From positions 1-54,354 of the forward strand of contig CAZVAQ010000004.1 in the NCBI GenBank assembly GCA_964625145.1: 54,354 nt of DNA. Direction: 5' to 3'. Made by a program: the position numbers and the translations under genes. Numbering within the stretch: position 1 is the stretch's first letter; every line of letters begins with the position of its first letter. Below the pieces are notes generated by a model. That model ran no database searches. It saw only the letters and a list, made by a program, of their open reading frames with translations, and was not told the origin of the DNA. This document shows, in pieces, positions 9,899 to 18,945 of this stretch. The DNA comes from an uncultured Candidatus Sumerlaeota bacterium. GTDB lineage: Bacteria > Sumerlaeota > Sumerlaeia > SLMS01 > JAHLLQ01.

Positions 9899-11197
9899 AT
9901 GAAACCCGTGGACGCGATCCTGTTGGGAGCTGGTCAACGAGGGTCGGAAGCAGTCGGGGCATACGCCCTGCACCGGCCCGACAAGCTGCGCTTTGTGGCC
10001 GTCGCCGAACCAAATGAAGCGCGGCGGAATCACTTTGCCGAGAATCACGCGATTCCGCCCGAGAACCGATTTGCCGATTGGCGGGATATCCTGTTCCGGC
10101 CGCGCATGGCCGAAGCATGTTTCAATGCAACACAGGACAGGACACATCACGAGTCCGCAATCGCCGCGCTGGATGCCGGGTACCATTTGTTCCTGGAAAA
10201 GCCGATGGCGCACACTCCGGCAGGGTGCGTGGCAATTGCCGATCATGCGCGCGCGAACAAGCGACTGCTACAGATTTGCCATCCGCTGCGCTACTCGCCC
10301 TTCTACACGAAGGTGAAGAGCCTGCTGGATTCCGGCGCCATCGGTTCGATCCTGTCCATCAACATGGTGGAAAACGTCGCGTTTTGGCACTTCGCGCACA
10401 GCTACGTCCGCGGCAATTGGCGTCGCGTGGAGGATTCGGGCCCAACGATCCTGACGAAGTGTTGCCATGACATGGATGCCGCGACTTGGCTGGTGGACAG
10501 CAAGGTGCGGCGCGTGTCGTCCGTCGGGTCGTTGCGCTACTTCAAGGAGGAGAACGCTCCCACCGGGGCTCCCGCGCGATGCACGGATGGGTGCCCGGCG
10601 GAGAAGACATGCCCCTACTTCGCTCCGGCGTTCTATCTCGGTCCAGCCGGAAGATATTGGCCGATCACGCAGGGCATGGTAGCGCCCACCGATGAGGCGC
10701 GCCTGCATGCACTGAAGACGGAGCAATACGGACGCTGCGTCTACCGCTGCGACAACACGGCCGTGGACAATCAGGGCGTGTTGGCCGAGTTCGAGAACGA
10801 CGTGGTGTTCAGCTTCAGCCTGATTGCGAACTCGGTGAGTTGCTTCCGCACGATCAGGATCATTGGATCCGATGGCGAGTTGAATGGCAACATCGAGAAG
10901 AACGAGATCCGCATCACACGGTTTGACCAAGGGTTTCATGACGAGGCGACGCACGTGGTGCACCAGACACCCGAAGGGATCGGAGGCCATTCCGGCGGCG
11001 ATGCGGGCGTGATAACCAATTTCGTGCGCCTCGTTCGCGAAGAGGACTACGCTTCCATGCAGAAGTCGCTGGATATCGCCGTCGAGGGCCACCTGCTTTC
11101 CTTCGCGGCAGAGAAGGCCCGCCACGAAGGGTGCGTCCTGTCGATGGCTGAGTACCGCGACCAAATGTCGCAACAGGCCCGGGAGCTTGCGTCATGA
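9899..11197 (+). CDS. Gfo/Idh/MocA family NAD(P)-dependent oxidoreductase
   Basis: Track ORF 9854..11197; preferred start ATG 9899. N-terminal Rossmann region MKPVDAILLGAGQRGSEAVGAY...FVAVAEPNEARRNHFAE, then EKPMA, typical of the family. Its stop overlaps the next gene's start (ATGA at 11194-11197). Confidence 0.8.
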   Translation: MKPVDAILLGAGQRGSEAVGAYALHRPDKLRFVAVAEPNEARRNHFAENHAIPPENRFADWRDILFRPRMAEACFNATQDRTHHESAIAALDAGYHLFLEKPMAHTPAGCVAIADHARANKRLLQICHPLRYSPFYTKVKSLLDSGAIGSILSINMVENVAFWHFAHSYVRGNWRRVEDSGPTILTKCCHDMDAATWLVDSKVRRVSSVGSLRYFKEENAPTGAPARCTDGCPAEKTCPYFAPAFYLGPAGRYWPITQGMVAPTDEARLHALKTEQYGRCVYRCDNTAVDNQGVLAEFENDVVFSFSLIANSVSCFRTIRIIGSDGELNGNIEKNEIRITRFDQGFHDEATHVVHQTPEGIGGHSGGDAGVITNFVRLVREEDYASMQKSLDIAVEGHLLSFAAEKARHEGCVLSMAEYRDQMSQQARELAS

Positions 11198-14106
11198 CAG
11201 AATGCGGTTACCTTGCACAAAGCCTGCGAAGGGTGGTCGCGATCATGACACTGGCTTCGACAACGGCCCTGTACGCCGGTGAGGCCAGCCACGCGGAAGT
11301 CAATGCCGAGTACGCCGACTTGCGCGTCGGCGATCTGCATCTTTACTATGCGCCGGGGCCGGGAGGCTCGCTGCAGGCGTTCGACATTCCTGTCCTGAAC
11401 ACAAGCCTGATCGCCGTGGTGACGCCGGGATGGGGAAGCCAGTACTATGTGACAGAGCACAACGTGACCCTGTTGCGCGACGCACGCGTTGAGGAAGTCG
11501 ACGGCGGGAAACGGCTCGTCATCCGGCACGAACTTGACAACGAGATTGCTTCGCCCTTCACCGCGACGGAGACGCATGCGTTGTTGCCGGAGAATGTGTA
11601 TCGCGTGACGCTGGATTTCGAGTTCGCCAGCGATGACCCGGCAGTCCTGGAATGGCGCGTTGGTGGCATGAATCCCAACCTTGCCGCCGGTGTGCCGTTC
11701 GTTGCCAGTTATCCGGATCATGAGATCGCCTGCCAGATCCCATATGAAGCGCCCGGGCCCGGTGTTGAGGAATCGACCGTGGCGCGCCGCTTCGACAAGC
11801 TCCTCCTCCAGTCCCCCATCGGCGACATCATCATCGAGTCGAACGCAAGGGATGACCTTGTCCTGCTGGACTATCGCAAGAACCAGTACGCCATGGACAG
11901 CAACCCGATGTTCTGGTTTGGCTATCTGGAACGGCCCATCCCTGCGCGGGAGAAGTTGCATTACGAATTCACCATGCGGCTGCCGGAGAAGCTGTCCGCG
12001 GAGGCCATCAACGCTGGGGCCCTCAAGGTGGAATCCGCCATTTCCGATGCAGAAGTGGTGCGCATTCCAACGACGAAGCGCGACTACATCATCCCGAAGC
12101 CGAAAGAACTAGCCTATCTTGATGAGCATGTTCCGCTGAAGGATCCCGTCACCATCTATGTCGGCCCCGACGCGGGCGCCGGGATCATGACAGCGGCGGA
12201 GTTTCTCGCGCGCGATCTGGAGGACATTTACGAACTGCGCTCGCAGGTGATCGCCGACGAACTGCCGACATCCATTCCATCGGGCGCGATCCTGCTTGGC
12301 GAATTAGGCCGCTGGTCGCTTCCGCAGGAACTCATCGCAAAGGACGGCCTAGTCATCCCAGATCATCGCGAAGGGTACGCTCTTTCCGCAGGCAACGGCC
12401 ACGTCGCCATCGCCGCCAACACCGAGCAGGGCGTGTTCTATGGCGTGACGACGCTCGTGCAACTCATCAGCTTTGGCGAAGGCGCCATTGGAGTCCGCGG
12501 CGCGCGGATCGTGGACTATCCGTCGCTGGACTTTCGCGGAATACATGCGCTGTCCGGACGCCACGCTGGCGGACAAATCTCGAAGGCAGTGCGCGAGTTG
12601 CTCGCCCGCTACAAGTTGAACTCCTTCATTTGGGAGTCCCAGTACATCGTGTGGGACAGCTGCCCGGAGCTGGAACATCCCGAGTTTGGCATGGCCAAGG
12701 ATGACGCGCGCCTGGTGGTCGATGCGGCGTCGCGGTACTTTGTTGATCTGATCCCACTGATCCAATCGCTGGGGCACAGCGAATGGATCTTCACGAACGG
12801 CCACAACCTCGACATCGCAGAAGATCCGGATATGCCGTACGCGTACAGCCCAACGAACCCGCGCACGTACGATTTCATTTTCTCCGTGTATCAGGAAGCG
12901 CTGGACTTCTTCCAACCGAAGGGATTCCACATCGGCCACGATGAAGTGACCATGCGCGGGCGCTTCCCATATCGCAGTCGCGAGAGCGGCATGTCCGCGA
13001 CGGATCTGATCCTGATGGACACGATCAAGCTCAACGATTGGTTCCGCGAGCGCGGCGTGAAGGTGCATTTGTGGGGCGACATGTTCCTGCACACGTCGGA
13101 AGCGGCCGATGCCACCTTTGCGCCATCACCGGAAGAAGCCGCCGAACGCCGCGCGCGCCTGCCCAAGGACATGACCATCGTCGATTGGCATTACAAGCCC
13201 GTCACGCCTGCCGAATATACGTCCATCCCCTTGTGGCGTCTCCAAGGGTTTGACGTCATCGGCGCCGGATGGTACACACCGGCAAACATTCATCAACTTG
13301 CGCTGGCCTGCATCGAAGCGGGCGCAAAGGGATACCTGCAAACAACCTGGGCAGGTTTCAACTTTGCCATCGATGACAATGAAGCGTCCTGGTACCAGTA
13401 TTGGACCTACATCCTGGCCGCGCACTATGCGTGGTCCGGTGATGAACGCGAACCGGCCGATCTGCCGTTCAATGCCAAGGACGAATTCATCCGCACCTGG
13501 TTCCGCACGAAGCCACTGCTGACGGAGAAGCGCGGTGCCTTCCTCGACCTGACCGCTGCCTTCAACCGCGCAGTGGTCGATCCCGATGGCAGCGAGTGGC
13601 TTGGCTACGGGCCGTTGAATGACTTCCGCTCGCTTCCGGAAGGAACGCGCCGCATGGGGAGCACAGTCTTCCACCTGCCCGACACCGCCAATGGTAAGCG
13701 CGCGGTCCACTTGCACGGAAGGATGAACGCGCCCGGCGAGTATCCGGAAAGCGCCGAACTGCAACTCGATGGACTTGTTGCATCCGGGCTGCACTTCCTG
13801 GTCACGACCAACTTCCCCACGCGCGAGCATGCCGTGGTTGGTCAGGTTGTCGTGAACTATGCCGACGGCACGCACGCAGAGCTCGCGCTCGAATACGGCC
13901 GCAATATCTTTGCCGTCACCGAAAGCCGCGCCGGCGCCACCACGCCCATCGCGTGGGAAGGTCAATCTGCCGCGGGGACCGCGTTGCGATTGTGGGACCT
14001 CGGCTGGGAGAACCCCGCGCCCGAAAAGCCCATCGACTCCATCCGCCTGCAAAGCGCCGGCACCGAAGCCGCGCCCATCTTGTTTGCGGTGACCGCGGTG
14101 TATTGA
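11194..14106 (+). CDS. secreted glycoside hydrolase, GH20 (beta-N-acetylhexosaminidase-like) catalytic domain with large flanking domains
   Basis: 970-aa ORF with a signal-like N-terminus. GH20 domain-2 pattern EQGVFYGVTTLVQLI. TIM-barrel start IVDYPSLDFRGIHAL, ...LIQSLGHSEW... and the acid/base pair in GFHIGHDEV (family HxGGDE). Confidence 0.7.
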   Translation: MTECGYLAQSLRRVVAIMTLASTTALYAGEASHAEVNAEYADLRVGDLHLYYAPGPGGSLQAFDIPVLNTSLIAVVTPGWGSQYYVTEHNVTLLRDARVEEVDGGKRLVIRHELDNEIASPFTATETHALLPENVYRVTLDFEFASDDPAVLEWRVGGMNPNLAAGVPFVASYPDHEIACQIPYEAPGPGVEESTVARRFDKLLLQSPIGDIIIESNARDDLVLLDYRKNQYAMDSNPMFWFGYLERPIPAREKLHYEFTMRLPEKLSAEAINAGALKVESAISDAEVVRIPTTKRDYIIPKPKELAYLDEHVPLKDPVTIYVGPDAGAGIMTAAEFLARDLEDIYELRSQVIADELPTSIPSGAILLGELGRWSLPQELIAKDGLVIPDHREGYALSAGNGHVAIAANTEQGVFYGVTTLVQLISFGEGAIGVRGARIVDYPSLDFRGIHALSGRHAGGQISKAVRELLARYKLNSFIWESQYIVWDSCPELEHPEFGMAKDDARLVVDAASRYFVDLIPLIQSLGHSEWIFTNGHNLDIAEDPDMPYAYSPTNPRTYDFIFSVYQEALDFFQPKGFHIGHDEVTMRGRFPYRSRESGMSATDLILMDTIKLNDWFRERGVKVHLWGDMFLHTSEAADATFAPSPEEAAERRARLPKDMTIVDWHYKPVTPAEYTSIPLWRLQGFDVIGAGWYTPANIHQLALACIEAGAKGYLQTTWAGFNFAIDDNEASWYQYWTYILAAHYAWSGDEREPADLPFNAKDEFIRTWFRTKPLLTEKRGAFLDLTAAFNRAVVDPDGSEWLGYGPLNDFRSLPEGTRRMGSTVFHLPDTANGKRAVHLHGRMNAPGEYPESAELQLDGLVASGLHFLVTTNFPTREHAVVGQVVVNYADGTHAELALEYGRNIFAVTESRAGATTPIAWEGQSAAGTALRLWDLGWENPAPEKPIDSIRLQSAGTEAAPILFAVTAVY

Positions 14107-14215
14107 AGAGTGCACAATCCACGGCAAGGGGCAAATCCGCCCTTGCCACCCTTGCGCCGCGCATTTGAGCCCATTGTGGAGTTCACGCCAAGCCGACAGG
14201 ACATCCATCACCACA

Positions 14216-15013
14216 ATGACCTACGGCCGATGGTTTTACCGGAGCAGGCGAAAGTGGGTCGTTGCCGCTGCCCATGCGCTGCTACCAACCATCCTCGGAA
14301 TCGCACCTGTCCGATCCATCGCCGATGTGGGATGCGGCACGGGACTGTGGGTAAAAGCCGTCCTTGATCGTGGTATTGATGCCGTCGGAATCGACGGTCC
14401 ATGGGTTGCGCCGGAGGATCTGGAGGTCGATCGGGCGCATTTCATTACCGCCGATCTTGGAGGCATGTGGGACCTCGGCCGCCGGTTTGACATGGCCATG
14501 TCCCTCGAGGTGGGCGAGCATCTACCTCCCGCCGCGGCGCGGCGCTTTGTCGATCAACTGACCAGCCTCGCGCCAGTGGTTGTCTTCTCAGCCGCCATCC
14601 CCGGCCAAGGGGGGCAGTGCCACGTCAACGAGCAGTGGCCATCCTATTGGATCGACCTGTTCAGCCAAGCCGGCTTCCAAGTCTTCGATATCCTGCGCCC
14701 GCACATCTGGCGCGACGAACAAATCCCCTACTGGTACCGCCAGAACATCCTCGTTTTTGCATCGCGTCAGGAGCCGCAGTTACTCGAGTCCCTCGCGGCC
14801 AAGCGCGCTCTGGGAGATTTTAGCGGCGCCAGCCTCGTCCATCCCGAACACTCTCTGCGGGCGATCCAATTCCCGGGCCTTGGTGCCTTGGCGCGCGCCC
14901 TCCCCTTTGCCTTCGTCCGCACGATTGCTGCGCTGCCGAGCCTTGGGCGAGGCAAGGAGCCGGAGCCGCTTTCCCGGCGCGCCTTGGACAAACCCTACAC
15001 CGAACCCCTTTGA
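14216..15013 (+). CDS. class I SAM-dependent methyltransferase
   Basis: Track ORF 14165..15013; preferred start ATG 14216. Motif I VADVGCGTGLW and acidic motif II region. Substrate unknown. Confidence 0.7.
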   Translation: MTYGRWFYRSRRKWVVAAAHALLPTILGIAPVRSIADVGCGTGLWVKAVLDRGIDAVGIDGPWVAPEDLEVDRAHFITADLGGMWDLGRRFDMAMSLEVGEHLPPAAARRFVDQLTSLAPVVVFSAAIPGQGGQCHVNEQWPSYWIDLFSQAGFQVFDILRPHIWRDEQIPYWYRQNILVFASRQEPQLLESLAAKRALGDFSGASLVHPEHSLRAIQFPGLGALARALPFAFVRTIAALPSLGRGKEPEPLSRRALDKPYTEPL

Positions 15014-15078
15014 TTCAGCAAATTGCGATTCGCCGTTGACCGCCACCACCCCCATCCCCCAAACATCCCCCGCTGCGG

Positions 15079-15154
15079 GCGAGAGTAGCTCAGTTGGTAG
15101 AGCTTCAGCCTTCCAAGCTGAATGTCGCGGGTTCGAGTCCCGTCTCTCGCTCCA
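15079..15154 (+). tRNA. tRNA-Gly (anticodon UCC), CCA encoded
   Basis: Hand-folded: GCGAGAG-TA-GCTC-AGTTGGTA-GAGC-T-TCAGC-CTTCCAA-GCTGA-ATGTC-GCGGG-TTCGAGT-CCCGT-CTCTCGC-T-CCA. Confidence 0.9.
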
Positions 15155-15175
15155 CTTCTTTTCACAGATTAAGAT

Positions 15176-16267
15176 CTACAATCGGCTCTCCATCGCCACG
15201 CGGGTGCGGCGGAGGATTTCCTCGATGATTTCGGGGGTGTGGTGGTAGCTGGTCACCATGCGGACTTGGTAGGGGGGGCGGGGACTGGCGAGGACGCCGT
15301 GTTGTTCGAGAAGGGTCAGGAACTCGCGGTTGGAGAGGCCGGACTTGCGATGGTCGAGGTAGATCATGTTGCTTTCGACGGTGTGCATGTCGACGTAGAG
15401 GCCGGGGATCTGGTTCATGCCTTCGGCCAGGCGCCGGGCGCTCTTGTGGTCGTCGAGCAGGCGCTGGACGTTGTTTTCCAAGGCGTGGATGCCAGCTGCG
15501 GCGATGATGCCGGCCTGGCGCATGCCGCCGCCGAGGCGCTTGCGGTTGCGGTCGGCTTCGGCGATGAATTCCTTCGATCCGCAGAGCATTGATCCCAAAG
15601 GACATCCAAGGCCTTTGCTGAGGCAAAACATGAGCGAGTCTGCCTTCTCCGTATAGGCCGAAACGGGGACGCCGGCGGCGAGGGCGGCGTTGAAGATTCG
15701 CGCGCCGTCGATGTGAACCTTCAGGCCGTGGTCGTGGGCGACCTCGCACAGTTCGTTGTGGAGCTCCAAAGGCAACACGCGGCCGCCACTGCGGTTGTGG
15801 GTGTTCTCCAGGCAGAGGACCTTGGGCCGCGGGTAATGAAGGTTGGGGCTGCGGATGGCTTCGCGCAGGGCGTGGGAGTCCATCATGCCCTCCGGGCAGG
15901 GGACAGGCATGGGCATGAGTCCGGCGATGTTGGCGATGTTGCCGACTTCATAGTAGAAGATGTGCGAGTCGAGATCGAGAAGGACCTCGTCGCCCGGTTG
16001 GGCCAGGGTCATCAGCGCGATCAGGTTGCCCATGGTGCCGCTGAGGACGAGGAGGGCGGCCTCCATGCCGGTCATTTCCGCGGCCATTTCCTGCAGGCGG
16101 TTGACGGTAGGGTCTTCGCCATAGGTGTCGTCGCCCAGCTCGGCTTCCGCGATGGCGCGGCGCATCTCCGGCGTGGGAAGCGTCTGGGTGTCGCTGCGGA
16201 TGTTGATGTAGCGGGGGAACGAGCCGGTTTCGGCGTGTTGCGCGCTCTCAGGATGGCTGACGGTCAT
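15176..16267 (-). CDS. ltaE: low-specificity L-threonine aldolase (PLP-dependent beta-eliminating lyase family)
   Basis: Track ORF 15176..16441; preferred start ATG 16267 (MTVSHPES...). INIRSDTQTLPTPEMRRAIAEAELGDDTYGEDPTVNRLQEMAAEMTGMEAALLVLSGTMGN is characteristic. Confidence 0.85.
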   Translation of the reverse strand: MTVSHPESAQHAETGSFPRYINIRSDTQTLPTPEMRRAIAEAELGDDTYGEDPTVNRLQEMAAEMTGMEAALLVLSGTMGNLIALMTLAQPGDEVLLDLDSHIFYYEVGNIANIAGLMPMPVPCPEGMMDSHALREAIRSPNLHYPRPKVLCLENTHNRSGGRVLPLELHNELCEVAHDHGLKVHIDGARIFNAALAAGVPVSAYTEKADSLMFCLSKGLGCPLGSMLCGSKEFIAEADRNRKRLGGGMRQAGIIAAAGIHALENNVQRLLDDHKSARRLAEGMNQIPGLYVDMHTVESNMIYLDHRKSGLSNREFLTLLEQHGVLASPRPPYQVRMVTSYHHTPEIIEEILRRTRVAMESRL

Positions 16268-16491
16268 GGGGCGGGTGCTCCGTGGGTTGGTTGACGGGGT
16301 GAATGATATGGCGCAGGTCGAGGGCGGGCGCGAGGCAAAGATGCGTGGGAAGAGTGAAGAGGGAAGAATGAAATGGCACGAATGGACCCGGCTTCGGATA
16401 GTGTACCGAACCATCTGTAAATTGCGCCGGTGAGGGGTCACCGGTTTTCCTTGGGTTTGTCCGCCAAGACCAACCTTGAGGAGACAGTCCG

Positions 16492-16792
16492 ATGACCCCG
16501 AAGAGAGTGATCACGGAGGAGCGCCCGTCGCCAAGGCTGTTTGTGGAGCCGGGCCTGTTGAAGGAGATGATTCAGGTGTGTGTGCAGGAGATGCTTGAGG
16601 AGGAGGTGTCGCGCCATCTGGGCGCGGGCCCCTATGAGCGCAGTGCCGCTCGTCAGGGGCGGCGCAACAGCACACATGATTCGCCTGTTGTGTCGCCCTC
16701 GCAAGGGGGACTTGGTTATTCTGCCTTCCTACCATGGGTTCCGCTTCGCTTCACCCATGGCTACTCGAATGTCGCGCTCCGCGCTGGCAAGC
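16492..16792 (+). pseudogene. IS256/Mutator-family transposase relic (N-terminal ~100 codons, frameshifted and truncated)
   Basis: Frame 1 reads ...GLLKEMIQVCVQEMLEEEVSRHLGAGPYERSAARQGRRNS, matching the conserved N-terminal block of IS256-family transposases (...EAEV..HLGA..YER...R.GYRNG). The expected continuation (R.L.TR.GDL.L.IP..R.G.F) appears in another frame: MIRLLCRPRKGDLVILPSYHGFRF. No DDE core follows. Confidence 0.55.
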
Positions 16793-17153
16793 TGGCGATG
16801 CCCAATGCGAATGAATTTGTCGAATGCATTTCCTCGGCAAGTGCAGGCCGCAGCCCATTCAGTCTATGTCATTTCGCGAAGTGCCAAATACACTTGCTTG
16901 CGCTTTCTCGGCGGGAAGCTTGCTTCCGCCGCTGCAGTCGCATGAAGGCAGGCTCAAGCTCTCGTACATGAGATCCACGATTGATGGAGGTCTTGAGTGA
17001 TTCGCACTGGCGGGCGCCCCTCGAAGCAAGCTTCGATGGGCAAAGCATCGTCCGCAAGACGGCCGCATTCCACAGCCGCGCAGGGCTTTGTACTTGGTTT
17101 TGGGGTGGCTGCGTGGTAGGCCGGGTCACCATGTTTGTGTGAGGGGGATGCAC

Positions 17154-17813
17154 ATGTTCCAGCAGTTTCGCGATCGTCGCGATGCGGGTCGGTCGTTAGC
17201 CCGGTTGTTGACGCAGTATCGCGGGCATCCGCGCGCGATTGTGTTGGCATTGCCGCGTGGCGGGGTGCCGGTGGGCTATGAGGTGGCGCAGGCGTTGCAG
17301 TTGCCGATGGATGTCTTTGTCGTGCGGAAGCTAGGCGTGCCGGGGCAGGAGGAGTTGGCACTTGGGGCGATCGCCTCTGGCGGGCACCGGGTGATCAATG
17401 TTCAGTTGGTGGAGATGCTGGGTCTGGCGCCGGAGGTGGTCGATTCCATCGCCGAGCGCGAAGGGCGGGAGTTGGCTCGTCGCGAACGGGTATACCGTGG
17501 CGACCGGCCGGAGGTGGAGCTGCGCGATCGGGTGGTGATCTTGGTGGATGACGGATTGGCCACGGGTTCAACGATGCGCGTGGCGGTGGAGGCGGCGCGC
17601 GCGGGCGATGCGGCGCGCGTGATCGTCGCCGTGCCGGTCGCGCCCATGGACACGATGGCACTGATGAGGGAGGATGCCGACGAGGTTGTGGCGTGCCTGA
17701 CCCCACGGGATTTTATGGCCGTGGGGGAATGGTACGCCAATTTTGGCCAGACGAGGGATGAGGAGGTTGTGGAGTTGCTGAACCGGGCGGAGCGGTTCGA
17801 GCGAACGGCTTGA
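17154..17813 (+). CDS. phosphoribosyltransferase-family protein
   Basis: Track ORF 17088..17813. Preferred start ATG 17154, 6 nt after GAGGGGG. FRDRRDAGRSLARLL...VLALPRGGVPVGYEVA and PRPP loop VVILVDDGLATGSTM. Confidence 0.75.
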   Translation: MFQQFRDRRDAGRSLARLLTQYRGHPRAIVLALPRGGVPVGYEVAQALQLPMDVFVVRKLGVPGQEELALGAIASGGHRVINVQLVEMLGLAPEVVDSIAEREGRELARRERVYRGDRPEVELRDRVVILVDDGLATGSTMRVAVEAARAGDAARVIVAVPVAPMDTMALMREDADEVVACLTPRDFMAVGEWYANFGQTRDEEVVELLNRAERFERTA

Positions 17814-17830
17814 GAGTGAGATGATGGACT

Positions 17831-17862
17831 TTGGCGACGGCCTTTCGGGAGGCCGCCGCCAA
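17831..17862. terminator. hairpin between convergent genes (possible terminator, weak U-tract)
   Basis: TTGGCGACGGCC-tttcggga-GGCCGCCGCCAA; 11 of 12 positions pair. No strong T-run on either strand. Confidence 0.3.
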
Positions 17863-17872
17863 GTTTCGCTAG

Positions 17873-18559
17873 CTAGCCGTTATTGGTGCCGATGTCCTCG
17901 GCGCTCAGATTTGTCCGGATGATCTGTCCAAGTGATATGGTCCCATTGCTGGGATCGTAGACGGTGATACCTTCAGCACCCAAAAAGCGGTGATCTGTTA
18001 CATCTGGACCGACCGAATTGAGCGCCCACGCGATCGTTCCCGTATTTGAGGTGAATCTTGCCCAATTCGTGTCGCGGTCCAATCCGGCTGTTAGACTGGC
18101 AAGATCCCTGTTGAGTGCCGCATAGTCGAATGTTATGGGATTGATGATGGCACCAGACGCGACTGCCCCCTCCCTGTACGCGACAGTCCCCGCCATTCCA
18201 CCACGAGCCAATGGGATAGCAAATGAGTCCTCCGGCAACGCCGAGAGGTGTGCTACCGGGGTTGTCAAGTACTTGAGTCGGCCGACAAACGTCTGAAGGT
18301 GTTCCTTGCGAGCAATTCGATCTATATAATAGTGGCTGTAGTCCGGTGGATAGCGGTTATTGTCGACGGAGTAGGACTCCAACGCTGTTGCGACCGTCCG
18401 CATGTCGCCTTTCGTCCGCGAGACCTTTGCCCGAATCTGTGCCTCCAGGAAATTCGGCACGGCGATGGCCGCGAGGATGGCGATGATGGCCACAACAATC
18501 AGCAGCTCGATCAGCGTGAAGGCACGTGGTGTGTCTGTGTTGGGGGTGCACTGTCTCAT
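17873..18559 (-). CDS. prepilin-type N-terminal cleavage/methylation domain protein (T2SS GspG-like / type IV pilin-like)
   Basis: Track ORF 17873..18742; preferred start ATG 18559. MRQCTPNTDTPRA|FTLIELLIVVAIIAILAAIAVPNF is a class III signal peptide with Glu at +5. C-terminal ...VYDPSNGTISLGQIIR. Confidence 0.8.
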   Translation of the reverse strand: MRQCTPNTDTPRAFTLIELLIVVAIIAILAAIAVPNFLEAQIRAKVSRTKGDMRTVATALESYSVDNNRYPPDYSHYYIDRIARKEHLQTFVGRLKYLTTPVAHLSALPEDSFAIPLARGGMAGTVAYREGAVASGAIINPITFDYAALNRDLASLTAGLDRDTNWARFTSNTGTIAWALNSVGPDVTDHRFLGAEGITVYDPSNGTISLGQIIRTNLSAEDIGTNNG

Positions 18560-18716
18560 CTGGTATCTCGCTTCCACAAGGAGGATGGCCCCTGACCGGA
18601 CCGCGGGCGCGGGGGACTCGGGGTAGCTTTGGGCGCATTCGTCAGCCTTAGTCGACCGATTGAGCAAGGCCCGTGGTTGCAGGCAAGTCCATTTTTGCGT
18701 GGAACGTGGTGAAAAT

Positions 18717-18779
18717 GTGGGTGTGGTGGTCGGAGTGGACACGGTGGACGGGGTGGACGTTGTGGGCGAGGTGGACGGG
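18717..18779. repeat. seven tandem 9-bp units GTGG(A/G/T)(C/T)NNN in a divergent intergenic region
   Basis: GTGGGTGTG GTGGTCGGA GTGGACACG GTGGACGGG GTGGACGTT GTGGGCGAG GTGGACGGG. Unit starts at 18717, 18726, 18735, 18744, 18753, 18762 and 18771, an exact 9-nt phase. Confidence 0.85.
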
Positions 18780-18945
18780 ATGGCCCCGAATGAAGGGGTG
18801 GGGGGGATGGGAGTGCGCCTGCTTGGAATAAGGGGAACCTCTGGGCCGTAAAGGTGAGCGATTGGCGGCTTTCCCTTGCCGCCCGGTCGTGGCCATGGGA
18901 TTCCATCCCTCGACTGAACCTACCCGGCTCCAGATGGAGTGATGT

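Noticed and set aside
18660-18851. 63-aa + strand ORF covering the nonamer array (…GVDTVDGVDVVGEVDG…)
   Set aside because: It has an alternative start codon, no RBS and a repeat-driven sequence. It is more parsimoniously a by-product of the 9-bp (3-codon) DNA repeat, so it is reported as a repeat rather than a CDS.
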